Shown: positions 19,230 to 29,816 of the stretch, in pieces
Layout: each line of letters begins with the position of its first letter
Numbering within the stretch: position 1 is the stretch's first letter
Assembly: GCA_963771075.1 (NCBI GenBank)
Contig: CAVYSE010000003.1
Coordinates: 1 to 64,000 of the forward strand
Reading direction: 5' to 3'
Length of the DNA: 64,000 nucleotides
Source: a candidate division FCPU426 bacterium
GTDB taxonomy: Bacteria; Oederibacteriota; Muellerivitia; Muellerivitales; Muellerivitaceae
The notes under the pieces: model-generated
The model's database searches: none
What the model saw: the letters and a program-made list of their open reading frames with translations, nothing else
What the model was told of the DNA's origin: nothing
Made by a program: the position numbers and the translations under genes

Positions 19230-20082
19230 CCGCCCACCGCCGAGTAGCGCTTCAAGCCTTGGTTCCAAAGGAACCGGCTTAACAGGTAAAAGACCCCGAC
19301 CCAGATGAGCCCGATCCCCAATAAAGGGGCCAGCTGGCTTTGCGGCACCTTGCCCATCAGGATCACGCAGGGCCAATATCCCTCATACCCGAAGGGGAGG
19401 AGGGTCACCCAGTTTTGGATGGAAAGGGGCAGGAGGTTCAAGGGGAACCAAGTGCCCCGAGAGGAAAAATTCGATGGTCATGACCACAAAAAGAAAGGTG
19501 GAAATTTCCAGGAACCAGAAAGCCAGGGATCCAATGATGAAGCAAAAGAGCATGCCGATCCAGAAGGCGATCAACAGCGAGGCCGCGAAAGCCGGCCCAT
19601 TCCCAAACCGTCGGGGAATGGGTGAAATAATGGCGCAAAAGGTACAGGCAGGGCGGGAAGGTAAAGAGGGCGATGTACCAGAACACCACCTTGTGGGCCA
19701 GCCGGTACATGACCTGGTACCAAAGGTAATCCATCGGGCGGGTCAGGTAACGGTTCAACAGGCCGTCCTTGATATCCACGCTGATATCCCTCATGGTGCC
19801 GGGCATGCTGGAAAATCCGCGCGCGATGTACATGAGGGCGTAATAGGCCACCATATCCTCATAACTCAATCCCCGGATCAGGGTGGGCGATCCGGCCGCC
19901 TGGCGGGTTTTGAAAATGGCGTACCAAAGGAAGATGGTGGTCACGAGGGGCAGGAAACGGAAGATCACGCCCACGACATAGTTGGACCGGTAGGCCATGT
20001 CCTCCTGGGTGCGGGTGGACAAAATGACCCAGTATTTGTGGAAGGGGGACCGCTTGGGGGGAGAAGCCGCCGGAACGCTCAC
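19226..20082 (-). CDS. ABC-2 family permease; two frameshifts (~19590, ~19443)
   Basis: IKDGLLNRYLTRPM, LSGHLVPL and GLKRYSAVGG are spread over three ORF pieces; GTG start overlaps the ATPase stop. Confidence 0.85.
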
Positions 20083-21065
20083 TTCGTCTCCCCGCTTTTG
20101 AACACCTTCTCGATCACCTCTTCGATCGCCACTTCCTCGATATTGATGTCGTCGACCTCGAAATGGTTCAAAAGCTCGTTGGAGACTTTCTTCACCGATT
20201 CCCGGGCCACCCGCAGGATGGCCTTGTGGCGGGAATGCTCCTGGACCTGGCCGAAACCCTCCAGTTTTTCCTTGGAAACTTCCCCGTCCTCGAACGTCAC
20301 GGTGATGAGCTTGAATTGGGAGAATTTCTCGACCACTTCCTCCAACCGGCCGTCGAAGATCTTCCGGCCCGAGTTGATCACCACCACCCGGTCGCAAAGG
20401 GCCTGGATGTCGTTCATGTAATGGCTGGTGAGAAGGATGGTGGTCTTCGTCTTGCGGTTATATTGCTTGATGAAATCCCGGATGTTTTTTTGCGCCACCA
20501 CGTCCAGGCCGATGGTGGGCTCATCCAACAGCAGGACCCGGGGGCGGTGCAAGAGCGAGGCGATCAGCTCGAACTTCATCCGCTCGCCCAGCGAAAGCTC
20601 CCTCACCATGATCCCCAAAAGCTTTTTAACCTGCAGCAATTCGGTCATTTCGTCCAAGACCTGCTGGTATTCCCTATCCCCGACCCCGTAGATTTCCTTG
20701 TTCAAATAAAGGGATTCCTGGGCGGGCAGGTCCCACCAAAGCTGGTTTTTTTGGCCCATCACCAGGGCGAATTGCCGGCGGTACTCGTTATTACGTTCCC
20801 AAGGGATAAAACCCATGACCTTCGCCGTTCCCGCGGTGGGAAACAGTATTCCGGAGAGCATCTTGAGGGTCGTGGTCTTGCCCGCCCCATTGGGGCCCAA
20901 AAAACCCACCAGTTCGCCTTCCCCGATCTTGAAAGAAACGCCGTCGACCGCCCGCACCTCGCTGTATTCCCGCTTAAACATCGCCTCCAACGCGCCGCCG
21001 ATACCGGGTTTTTTCTTCGTCGTACGGTAAATTTTGGAGAGATTCTCAATTTCGATGATGGACAT
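20079..21065 (-). CDS. ABC transporter ATP-binding protein
   Basis: GPNGAGKTT, LSLGERMK, LLLDEPT. Confidence 0.95.
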   Translation of the reverse strand: MSIIEIENLSKIYRTTKKKPGIGGALEAMFKREYSEVRAVDGVSFKIGEGELVGFLGPNGAGKTTTLKMLSGILFPTAGTAKVMGFIPWERNNEYRRQFALVMGQKNQLWWDLPAQESLYLNKEIYGVGDREYQQVLDEMTELLQVKKLLGIMVRELSLGERMKFELIASLLHRPRVLLLDEPTIGLDVVAQKNIRDFIKQYNRKTKTTILLTSHYMNDIQALCDRVVVINSGRKIFDGRLEEVVEKFSQFKLITVTFEDGEVSKEKLEGFGQVQEHSRHKAILRVARESVKKVSNELLNHFEVDDINIEEVAIEEVIEKVFKSGETK

Positions 21066-21172
21066 GGAGCAGGGGATTTCCTTATTGTGAGCAGGTTCGG
21101 GTGAGAGGGCGTCATTATAGGAACCGTCCAAAACCGTAACAAGACCACGGCTTAAATAGAAAAGGCTACTGC

Positions 21173-21851
21173 ATGACTTCAAAAACCAATCCTCGGAAGG
21201 TGATTCGAGGAACTCAAGCGCCTTTACCCGGATGTGCGTTGTTTTCTCCATTACAAAACGCCTTTTCAACTGCTTTGTTCCGTGATTCTTTCCGCCCAAT
21301 GCACCGACGAGAGGGTCAACCGGGTCGCGCCCGGGCTTTTCAAGGCCTTTCCCACCCCCCCTCTGCTGGCCGCGGCCAAACAAAGGGACGTGGAGAAGAT
21401 CATCCACTCCACGGGGTTTTACAAAAACAAGGCCAAAAATCTGATCGGCTGCGCCCAAGCGTTAGTCGCGAACCACGGCGGTAAGGTTCCAAAAACCATG
21501 GAGGAATTAATTCTGATACCCGGCGTAGGCCGCAAAACGGCCAATGTGGTTTTGGGGGAGGTCTTCGGAATATCGGTCGGCATCACGGTGGACACCCATG
21601 TGGCCCGTTTGAGCAATAGGCTTGGCTGGACCCGTCATCAAGACGCAGTAAAAATCGAGCGGGACCTGGTCCAAATGATTCCACGGGAAGAATGGCTGAC
21701 GATTTCACACCGGCTGATCCAGCACGGGCGCAAGGTTTGCGATGCCCGCAAACCGCTTTGCGAAGTTTGTTCCCTGTCCAAGGAATGCCCCTCATTCCAA
21801 AGCCGAAGCTCACGATCGGCGATCCCCCGGCCTCAAGCGGGAAAGGCCTAG
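21173..21851 (+). CDS. nth: endonuclease III; frameshift ~21205
   Basis: LSAQCTDERVN, PGVGRKTANV, VDTHV, CxARKPxCxxCxLxxxC; removing one base joins MTSKTNPRKVI to EELKRLYP. Confidence 0.95.
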
Positions 21852-21873
21852 TTATCCCAGGTTCTAAGATGAC

Positions 21874-22356
21874 TCAGGACTTCTTCTTTCCATCCTCTTT
21901 TTCCGGTGTCGTATAGAGGCCGTTCTCGTATTTGAGGATGGTTTTATTTTTCGGGACATTGTGATATTCGAGGTTGATATCCTCGTCCGTCAGGGACGCC
22001 TCAAAGTAGTAATCCAGCTTTTTATTGAATCCCAGGATGAGCTTGCGCATGAAGGTAAAATCGGCTTTGACCGCCCCCGTATCGTCCAGGCTTCCGACCA
22101 AAGTCACATCCAACGCCTCCTCATCCGGATTGTAAAGGATGGTGAACCGGATCGGCTCCTTGTCCAAATTGGGGTATTTGGTTTGGGGCTTCAAGGGCAG
22201 GGCCTGGAGGGTGGCCGTGACCATGATCTGCAAATAGTTCGCGACCCTTTCGCCCACGGGAACGCTGTCCCAGGCTCCCAGGCTGTCGTTCGCGCCATAG
22301 GCGAACCCGGAAAAGAGTAAAACGCAGATGAATAGGCTTAATTTCAAGATTTTCAC
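21874..22356 (-). CDS. secreted hypothetical protein, paralog of 22353..22883
   Basis: Signal peptide; shared VPxGERVAxYLQxM motif. Confidence 0.7.
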   Translation of the reverse strand: MKILKLSLFICVLLFSGFAYGANDSLGAWDSVPVGERVANYLQIMVTATLQALPLKPQTKYPNLDKEPIRFTILYNPDEEALDVTLVGSLDDTGAVKADFTFMRKLILGFNKKLDYYFEASLTDEDINLEYHNVPKNKTILKYENGLYTTPEKEDGKKKS

Positions 22357-22883
22357 GGTGAGTTGATCTGATAATTTTCGAGGATCGCGGTGGGTTTCAC
22401 AACCGGCGTCGGAGAGGCGGGAGCCGCTTCAACCAATTCACCGCCCCTTATTCGCAGGATAATCTTTCCGGTTTTAACATTGAGATAGGCCAACGACAAA
22501 TCCGCGATCGTTAAATCCAAATCGTAATCGCTTTTGATTTTTTTGGAAAAAGAAAGCATGGTTTTCTGAATTTTTTCCAGGAGCCTTTGGACATATTTGG
22601 GGTCGTCCTGAACACCAATCACGGACACTCCGATGAGCTTTTCAGTTTGCTCATAACTGATCGCCAAATGGATCTCTTCCCTGTAATCCAAATCCACGGG
22701 GTGATTTTGTTCCCAAATCGCGGTTTCAATCATCATCATGTTTTGAAGATAATGCGCCACCCTTTCCCCCAGGGGAACGGAACTGGGCTGGGCCAAGGCG
22801 TCGTTACCGGCATGCGCCATCGGGATGGCCAGGAAGAACAAAGCTGAAAGCATGAAATATTTCAATTTCCGTCCTTTACCCAT
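22353..22883 (-). CDS. secreted hypothetical protein, paralog of 21874..22356
   Basis: Signal peptide; ATG overlaps the ychF stop; shared motif. Confidence 0.7.
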   Translation of the reverse strand: MGKGRKLKYFMLSALFFLAIPMAHAGNDALAQPSSVPLGERVAHYLQNMMMIETAIWEQNHPVDLDYREEIHLAISYEQTEKLIGVSVIGVQDDPKYVQRLLEKIQKTMLSFSKKIKSDYDLDLTIADLSLAYLNVKTGKIILRIRGGELVEAAPASPTPVVKPTAILENYQINSP

Positions 22884-23977
22884 TAAACATTAAACCGGAA
22901 ATGGACCACGTCGCCGTCCCGCATGACATATTCCTTGCCTTCCGTCCGGAGTTTCCCGGCTTCCCGGGCCTTGACGGCGGAACCCGAGGCGATGAGGTCG
23001 TCGTAAGAATAAACCTCCGCCTTGATGAAACCCCTCTCGATATCCGAATGGATCTTGCCGGCAGCTTGCGGCGCCAGGGTGCCTCGGGTGATCGTCCAGG
23101 CCTTGGATTCCATGGGCCCGGCCGTAAAGAAGGAAATCAGCCCCAGCGTCTCATAGGATTTTCGGATGATGGCGTGGAGGCCTTTTTCCCGGATCCCCAA
23201 GTCCGCGAGAAAGGCGGCCGCCTCCTCTTCGGGCAATTCGGCGACCTCGGACTCGATCTTGGCTGAAATGGGAAGGCAGGAGGCTTGATGGCCGGCCGCG
23301 TATTTTTGCAGGGTACCGAAGGCCTTGTTTTGGGTCACCTCCGCCAGGTCGCCCTCCGAAACATTGCCCACATAGAGGAAAGGTTTGCGGGTCAGGAGGC
23401 TTAATTCCCTCAGTTTCCTTTCTTCCTCGGCGGTGGCCGCCAGGGAAATGGCCGGTTTCCCCTCCTGCAAAACCTTTTTTACCGAATGAAAAATTTCCCA
23501 CTCGGCGGTGGCTTCCTTATCCCCCGCCCTTTTGCCCTTGTCGGTTTTCAAGAGGCGTTTCTCGACCGTTTCCAGGTCGGCCAGGCAGAGTTCGGTCAGG
23601 ATGATTTCCACGTCGCGGATCGGATCGATCGTGCCTTCCACATGGACAATGTTGGCGTCCTCGAAACAGCGCACGACCATCGCGATGGCGTCCACTTCCC
23701 GGATATGGGAAAGAAATTTGTTCCCCAGCCCCTCGCCCTGGGCCGCGCCCTTGACCAAGCCCGCGATATCCACGAATTCCACGATGGCCGGGACCCGCTT
23801 GCCGCTTTGCTCCATTTCCGCCAACCGGTCGATGCGGCCGTCCGGTACGGTCACCACCCCCACGTTGGGTTCGATCGTGCAAAAGGGGTAATTTTCGGCG
23901 GGGGCTTTGGACTTGGTAATGGCGTTAAATAGGGTGGACTTGCCAACGTTGGGCAGTCCCACAATTCCGATTTTCAA
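22883..23977 (-). CDS. ychF: redox-regulated ATPase YchF
   Basis: [35 protein letters not shown]-terminal TGS domain. Confidence 0.97.
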   Translation of the reverse strand: MKIGIVGLPNVGKSTLFNAITKSKAPAENYPFCTIEPNVGVVTVPDGRIDRLAEMEQSGKRVPAIVEFVDIAGLVKGAAQGEGLGNKFLSHIREVDAIAMVVRCFEDANIVHVEGTIDPIRDVEIILTELCLADLETVEKRLLKTDKGKRAGDKEATAEWEIFHSVKKVLQEGKPAISLAATAEEERKLRELSLLTRKPFLYVGNVSEGDLAEVTQNKAFGTLQKYAAGHQASCLPISAKIESEVAELPEEEAAAFLADLGIREKGLHAIIRKSYETLGLISFFTAGPMESKAWTITRGTLAPQAAGKIHSDIERGFIKAEVYSYDDLIASGSAVKAREAGKLRTEGKEYVMRDGDVVHFRFNV

Positions 23978-24076
23978 AACAGTCTCCTTGAATGCCGATG
24001 AGGGATCAAACGGAATAACAACCGCGGCCGGGCACCGGGCTTTTCAACCCGTCCGTCCGACGTCGCGAAAATCCCA

Positions 24077-24943
24077 TCACTGGATTTTTTGCTGGAGTAA
24101 GGGTTCTTGCGGCGGTTTGGGAATCACCTGGAGCGTCCAGGGCCGGGAGTCCCCGCTCAAGGCGGTGGTTCCCGTGAGGGCCCACTCCTCGTAATAAACC
24201 ACCGTTTTATCCGAGTAATTTTCTAGCCTCTTGAACTTGACCCCGTCACCCGGCTTGGATTTCTCGCCCAAAATTCGTAGCGCCACCACGTTCCGGGTAA
24301 AGTCCACCTGGGGCAAGGGTAACTCGGGTTCCAACAAGGACCAATAAACTTGAAAATGCGCGTCATCCCGGATGATGTCGCCAAATTCAAAGGCGACGGG
24401 AGCATCCTCCCCATCCCAATGCGGCCCGGTCACGTCCATGACCAAATCCAAAGTGGACTTGGCGCCAAAGAGGGGCAATCCCTGTCGGGCCATCCACCTC
24501 TGAATGTTCCGGAGGCTTGGATATTGGTTCGCGTTCTGGACCAAATGGGTCAAGAGGAAAAGTCCGCCGAAGAGAATAATCAGCCCCAACAAGGGGCTGC
24601 GGAAAAGGGATGGTTTCTTGGCGGCCGTCATCGGCGCCGTTTCAGCCGGAACCGAAGGGGAAGGCTGGGGCCGCCGCTTCGGCGGCTTGTCGGCCGTGGG
24701 GGCGGAGGTTTTTGGTCCGGGCTTGGAGCGGTATACCCAATTTAAAATCTTTTGATCCCAGGGCACGTCCAAAGGCCGGTCCAAAACAGCCGGGAGTTTG
24801 GAACCTTGACGCAACCGGTCAAGCTCTTTGCGGGCATTGGCGCAAAGGTTCAAGTGCCTGGCCACCATTCGGCGGTCACGGGCGGTCAATTTATCGTCCA
24901 GGTAACCCCTCAAATGGGGGTGAAGTTGCTCACACTCGTTCAT
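24077..24943 (-). CDS. zf-HC2 anti-sigma-like domain + TM + PrcB-C-like domain
   Basis: CEQLHPHLRGYLDDKL...HLNLCANA; one TM; PQVDFTRNVVALRILGEKSKPGDGV. Confidence 0.7.
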   Translation of the reverse strand: MNECEQLHPHLRGYLDDKLTARDRRMVARHLNLCANARKELDRLRQGSKLPAVLDRPLDVPWDQKILNWVYRSKPGPKTSAPTADKPPKRRPQPSPSVPAETAPMTAAKKPSLFRSPLLGLIILFGGLFLLTHLVQNANQYPSLRNIQRWMARQGLPLFGAKSTLDLVMDVTGPHWDGEDAPVAFEFGDIIRDDAHFQVYWSLLEPELPLPQVDFTRNVVALRILGEKSKPGDGVKFKRLENYSDKTVVYYEEWALTGTTALSGDSRPWTLQVIPKPPQEPLLQQKIQ

Positions 24944-25134
24944 GTAGGCCTTTTCCTAAAATTCTTCGCGTTTTCCCCATCCTTTGGAAAGGACACGCCT
25001 TCATCATGCACAAAAGCACCCAAGGAATCAAAACGAAAAATAACCTTGGGTTTTCCGGCCATTTCTTGACAGGGGAGCCCAACCCCCCTTACCGTAGGAA
25101 AAGCTTTTCAAATGCCGAATCTATGGAGGCGTTT

Positions 25135-25731
25135 ATGGATATAGGAGCCGGTTATCTTGCCGAGATCGCCATTCGCTGGTTTCATGTGGTCTCCAGTATC
25201 ATTTGGGTGGGTCTTTTATACTTTTTCAATTTGGTCAACGGCCCCTTTAACAAGACCCTTACGCCCGAAACCCGGATCAAAGTCATTCCGGAATTGATGC
25301 CCCGTGCCCTTTTCTTCTTTCGTTGGTCGGCCATGTCCACGTTTCTCCTGGGCCTGGCACTTCTTTATTTGGTTTACCTAAAACCTGGCCATATCCGCGA
25401 ACTGAATAGCCCTCCGGGTTACTGGATCATGACCGGGATGACCTTTGGCGCCTTGATGTGGTTCAACGTTTGGTTCATCATCTGGCCCTGCCAGCGCAAA
25501 ATCATCCAAGGGGTCAAGACCGGAATGCCGGCGCCCCCTTTCTTGGGCCCTCGGGCCGTCAAAGCGTCGCGTCTGAACGCTTATTTGTCGTTCCCCTTGA
25601 TATTCTGCATGTTGGCCGGTCCCCATTTCCCGTTTTTTAACCTGTTGCTTTTGTTTATCGTTTTGATCTTAGGATTCGCCATGGCCTGGGGGCTATTAAC
25701 CCTGGCTGAAAGGATCAAACCCAGGAATTAA
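25135..25731 (+). CDS. urate hydroxylase PuuD N-terminal-like (DUF989) membrane protein
   Basis: RWFHVVSSIIWVGLLYFFN, FFRWSAMST, MWFNVWFIIWPCQRK, ASRLNAYLSFP; GGAGG RBS. Confidence 0.8.
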   Translation: MDIGAGYLAEIAIRWFHVVSSIIWVGLLYFFNLVNGPFNKTLTPETRIKVIPELMPRALFFFRWSAMSTFLLGLALLYLVYLKPGHIRELNSPPGYWIMTGMTFGALMWFNVWFIIWPCQRKIIQGVKTGMPAPPFLGPRAVKASRLNAYLSFPLIFCMLAGPHFPFFNLLLLFIVLILGFAMAWGLLTLAERIKPRN

Positions 25732-25895
25732 TCTGAATTTCACAAGGTTCATTTTTTAACGGGTGGAGTAAAGGATATTCAAAAAACCAGGCTTAAGAAG
25801 GATGGCACGGAGAGTATTGGGAATTTCAATTGGCGATAGGACGGACGTCGCCGTGGGCACCGCCGAGGATTTCGGGGCCGAATCCGATTTTCTCG

Positions 25896-26390
25896 TCAAA
25901 AAAACGCTTGAGATACGTCCTGACGAATAACCCTGAAGAACTTTTCCAGCTCAGGATCGGCTTCATTGTTCTCAAGATGGAGCAGGTTCAAAGCGATTGA
26001 AAAAGCCAGTTCAACATATTCGTGTCGGAAATCCAGGTTCTTGGTGGAGTACTCGTTATAACGGGCGATTCCCTTCTTGTAAATCGAGATGGCCTTGGAG
26101 TTATCCTGGCCTTGGTAGAATTTTCCCATCAAATAATAAACTTCCAAATCCATTACTTCGGAATGGTTAATATTCTCGAACTGGTTGACGGCCTCAATAC
26201 CGTGTTGTTTTGAATTTCCCTTGTGGGTGAAATACTGATTAAGGCAGAATTTCGCGAAGCGGACACGCAGCAGATGATCATTGGGATTACGTCTGACGGC
26301 TTCCTTGAATTTTTTAAACTCGATACCACTCACTAGCTTTTTCAGGTAGTTCAGGAAAGGGGATGCGATATTTAAAATGAGTAAACTCAT
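25896..26390 (-). CDS. hypothetical TPR-like helical protein; possible frameshift ~25920 extending the C-terminus
   Basis: EVYYLMGKFYQ…KAISIYKKGI is TPR-like; an alternative frame continues RTYLKRFFDEK. Confidence 0.55.
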   Translation of the reverse strand: MSLLILNIASPFLNYLKKLVSGIEFKKFKEAVRRNPNDHLLRVRFAKFCLNQYFTHKGNSKQHGIEAVNQFENINHSEVMDLEVYYLMGKFYQGQDNSKAISIYKKGIARYNEYSTKNLDFRHEYVELAFSIALNLLHLENNEADPELEKFFRVIRQDVSQAFF

Positions 26391-26545
26391 GTAATAAATT
26401 TAACTTCTAAACAAAAAATTGTCAAAGTTAAACGATCGAAATCCACGTTAAATGTATAAGTTGGCAAACTTATTTATTTGGAAAAATTTCATGCTTATTT
26501 TCAACGAGCCTTCCATGCCCTTTACCCAAAGTGTAACCCTTCGGT

Positions 26546-27061
26546 TCAGTTCTTCGGATTTACAGGGGATTCGGTCGTCAACAGCTTGGTTTGAAGTTCT
26601 TTCAGTTTCTCAACTTGGTCGGGGGTAAGAATTTTATGTTCCAACTCAATGTTCGACTTGGCCTTCAAGGCGATGCGTTGCCCGTACAGCACGCCGATTT
26701 CACCCGTGATCTGGTCCACTTTTAGGGGATCGGGCAAGGTTTTCTCCAGCTCGTTTTCCAGCTCCACCTGCTTGACCTGAAGCTTGCCATTCAGTTCGGC
26801 GTTCGTTTTGCGGTAATGGGCCCGGAGGGAATAGAGCTGATCCATTTGCTTGTTGTTGAGCTGTAGCTTCTTGAGAATTTGTATTCGTGGAAGCTGCCCC
26901 AACTCGCTCTCTGCCGGTTTGGGCTTGGGGTCTTGAGCGGACGCGGTGTTACCTTGAATCGCCAGCGCTGGTGTGGACAAGGCCATTCCTAAAACGAACG
27001 ATAAAGCCCCGCGAGCATATTTCATTTCCGAACCCCTTGTCACGGCATATTGACGGCTCAA
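26546..27061 (-). CDS. Spy/CpxP/ZraP-like periplasmic protein
   Basis: Signal peptide; LQLNNKQ and ILTPDQ (LTxxQ) motifs. Confidence 0.8.
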   Translation of the reverse strand: MSRQYAVTRGSEMKYARGALSFVLGMALSTPALAIQGNTASAQDPKPKPAESELGQLPRIQILKKLQLNNKQMDQLYSLRAHYRKTNAELNGKLQVKQVELENELEKTLPDPLKVDQITGEIGVLYGQRIALKAKSNIELEHKILTPDQVEKLKELQTKLLTTESPVNPKN

Positions 27062-27489
27062 AGCAGCAGGTCGGCCTCATTGGCTTGAGCGCCCGAATGT
27101 TCCTCATCCCCGATTAAAATCCCGGCCCCTGCCTGGCTGGGAGATTCCGAAATGACGGAGGAGACTTTCACGTAGCCCGGGTCTTTGGACAGGTTATCGG
27201 TCGGGTTGGAGATGTTGAGAAGATAGGCGTTCAGGTCGGCTTGTTCCCCCAACTGATGCTGATAAAAAACCCCTCCGAAAGCCACGAAAAGAAAACTGGC
27301 CGCAACGACCCAGCGGATCGGGTGCCCCAGCGGGCGCCAAACCGTATGGCCCAGCCAGGAAGAGGTCCTCTCGGCAAGATGGGACTCAATCCTGGCCCAA
27401 ACCCGATCCGAGACCTGGGAATCTTTATCTGTTTTATTCAGGTTTCTCAAAACCCTATCCAGGTCTTGATCTTTCCATTCGCTATTCAT
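27058..27489 (-). CDS. putative anti-sigma factor
   Basis: Single TM; DRVWARIE motif; directly after the ECF sigma gene. Confidence 0.7.
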   Translation of the reverse strand: MNSEWKDQDLDRVLRNLNKTDKDSQVSDRVWARIESHLAERTSSWLGHTVWRPLGHPIRWVVAASFLFVAFGGVFYQHQLGEQADLNAYLLNISNPTDNLSKDPGYVKVSSVISESPSQAGAGILIGDEEHSGAQANEADLLL

Positions 27490-27518
27490 GGCCCACCTCG
27501 CCTTCTATCCCCCCAAGC

Positions 27519-28067
27519 CTAAAAGTCATCGGGGGAAACCCCTTCTTTTTCCAGGCAGGACTTTAAGAAGCCCTTGGCCCGAAAGATATTTGATTTGACC
27601 GAGCCCAAGGAAAGCCCCAATGACTGGGCGATTTCCTCGTAGCTTAACTCTTCCATCTCCCTCATCAACAAACAGGCACGCTGTTTTTCGGGGAGTTTTT
27701 GAAGGGCTGATTCAATCACCGGGCTCAACCCCAGGTCCGCCTCCCGGCCGCTTTGTTTTTTATCTTCCACTTCCGGGGCATTCTCAAACCCCAAAAAAGA
27801 GAGTATCTTCCGCCGTCTAAGAATATCAAGGCAATGATTGGCGGTCATGCGATAAAGCCAAGTACTGAACGCCGAATCTCCCCGGTAATTCTTAACCCTG
27901 TCAAAAACCTTTATGAAGACTTCCTGCAGGGCGTCTTCCGCGTCATGCGGGCTTCCCAGCATTCTCCAAGAAAGGTTGTAAACCTTCTTCCGGTGTAATT
28001 CGTATAAAACATGAAGCCCGGCGATATCTCCCGCCCGGCACCGATCAATCGCCTCTAATTCGGTCAT
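27519..28067 (-). CDS. ECF RNA polymerase sigma factor
   Basis: DAEDALQEVF, FSTWLYRMTAN, SYEEIAQSLGLSLGSVKSNIFRA. Confidence 0.95.
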   Translation of the reverse strand: MTELEAIDRCRAGDIAGLHVLYELHRKKVYNLSWRMLGSPHDAEDALQEVFIKVFDRVKNYRGDSAFSTWLYRMTANHCLDILRRRKILSFLGFENAPEVEDKKQSGREADLGLSPVIESALQKLPEKQRACLLMREMEELSYEEIAQSLGLSLGSVKSNIFRAKGFLKSCLEKEGVSPDDF

Positions 28068-28093
28068 GTTCCACCTGGCTTACCTATTCTTAG

Positions 28094-28120
28094 GACGTTT
28101 AAAAAGACCTTACGGTTTCA
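28094..28120 (-). promoter_or_regulatory. ECF-type autoregulatory promoter
   Basis: Minus strand TGAAAC-N17-CGTC ending 26 bp before the sigma ATG; matches the AAC/CGT ECF consensus. Confidence 0.7.
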
Positions 28121-28239
28121 ATAAAACCCAAAAAAACTATGGAATTCCACACGGGATATTCGGTTGAGATAACCCCAAACAAGGGTTTCTTTCCATTCAG
28201 GCTGAAAGCAGCCGGAAATAAACCCATTTCAGGTGAAAA

Positions 28240-29710
28240 CTACTCGTTTTCGAGGAAATGGAGCAAGCTTCGCACCATTAAACCGGTACCTCCATAAGAA
28301 AGGTAGGGTATGGAAGGATATTCCCTTTCCAGGTATGCCGGGCCCGCGATATCTAAATGAACCCAGGGTGTTTCACCCACGAATTCCTGCAAAAAAAGAG
28401 CTGCGGTAATGGTTCCCGCTTCCCGTCCACTTCCGATATTTTTGATATCCGCCACCTTGCTCTTGATATCCTCCCTGTATTCCTTGACCAGTGGCAATTC
28501 CCAAATGGATTCTCCTTCCACCTCCGTCGCGGCCTTGACCCGGTTCAAGAGGGATTGGTCATTGGCCAAGGCTCCTGCCACCAAGGAACCCAGCGCCACC
28601 ACGCAAGCCCCCGTCAGGGTGGCCATATCGATAATGCCGTCCACTTTCTGCCGGTCTGCGTAACTTAGGCCGTCCGAAAGGATCAAACGACCTTCCGCGT
28701 CGGTATTCAATACTTCCATGGTCTTGCCATTGAGAGCCTTTAAAACATCCCCCGGCTTGTAAGCCCTTCCGCCTGGCATGTTTTCGGTGGTTGGAATGAT
28801 TCCATGGACCTCCACCGAGGGTTGAATCCTTTCGATTTGGCTGAAAACCCCTAAAACAGCAGCTGCCCCGGACATGTCCATTTTCATGGTTTCCATTCCG
28901 GATGCGGGTTTCAAGGATAAACCGCCGGAGTCAAAAGTGATCCCTTTACCCACGATGGCCAAGGATTTCTTGGCTTTCCCCTCGGGTTTGTAATGAAGGT
29001 GAATCAGATAAGGTTCCTGGGCGCTCCCCCGGTTCACGCCCAAGCAGGCCGCCCGCTCCCATTTTCGTTAGTTCTTTCTTTCCAAAAACTTTGAGCCGGA
29101 TATTCCCCTTGGCGATTTTGCGAGCGGTGTCAGCCAACACTTTCGGAGTCACATCACTGGGAGCCCCATTGATTAGATCCCTCGCCAGAATCGCACCCTT
29201 TCCATAGGCCTCGGCCTTGGACAAAGCTTTCTCCACCTTCCCTTTTCTTTCTTTTTTTATGACCACAAAAATCTGTTGAAGCCCCGGGGAAAGATCCTTG
29301 TTGGGAGTCTTATACCGGTTAAATTGGTAGGAACCCAACCAAACCCCCTCGGCGAAGGCAAATAATAGTTCTTCCGAAAAAAACTTGGGCCACTCCAGCG
29401 TTACATCCTCCATCCTCATTTCCCGGGCTTTACGGGCCAGACGCCCCCCGGCCCTCCGCATGGATTCCAAACCCAATCCTGATTTGGGCCCCAAACCCAG
29501 CGCGACCAGGCGCCTGGTCCTCCCATGAACGGTTGGATTGGCTAACCCCGCCGTGGATTCCTTACCGGTAAAGCCCTCTTGTTCCAAACCCGCCCTGATT
29601 GAATCGCTTTCCTTCCCAAGGGCGTTCGCAAAACCCTTCTCCTTCTCAAAAGCGAAATAAATAATATTTTTTTTATCCTTCGGGGCGACCAGGGTCGTTT
29701 TGAATTTCAT
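28240..29710 (-). CDS. pepA: leucyl aminopeptidase; frameshift ~29040
   Basis: GKGITFDSGG, MKMDMSGAA, NTDAEGRL; N-terminal half in ORF 28946..29755. Confidence 0.93.
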
Positions 29711-29816
29711 GGAGAATCTCCTTATGAGTAAAAATGGATGCGTCACCCTCATCACGGGGCCGGATTAAGCGTGTATTTTATCCAATGGATTTTGAAAGAT
29801 ACAACCCGCCCATTTT

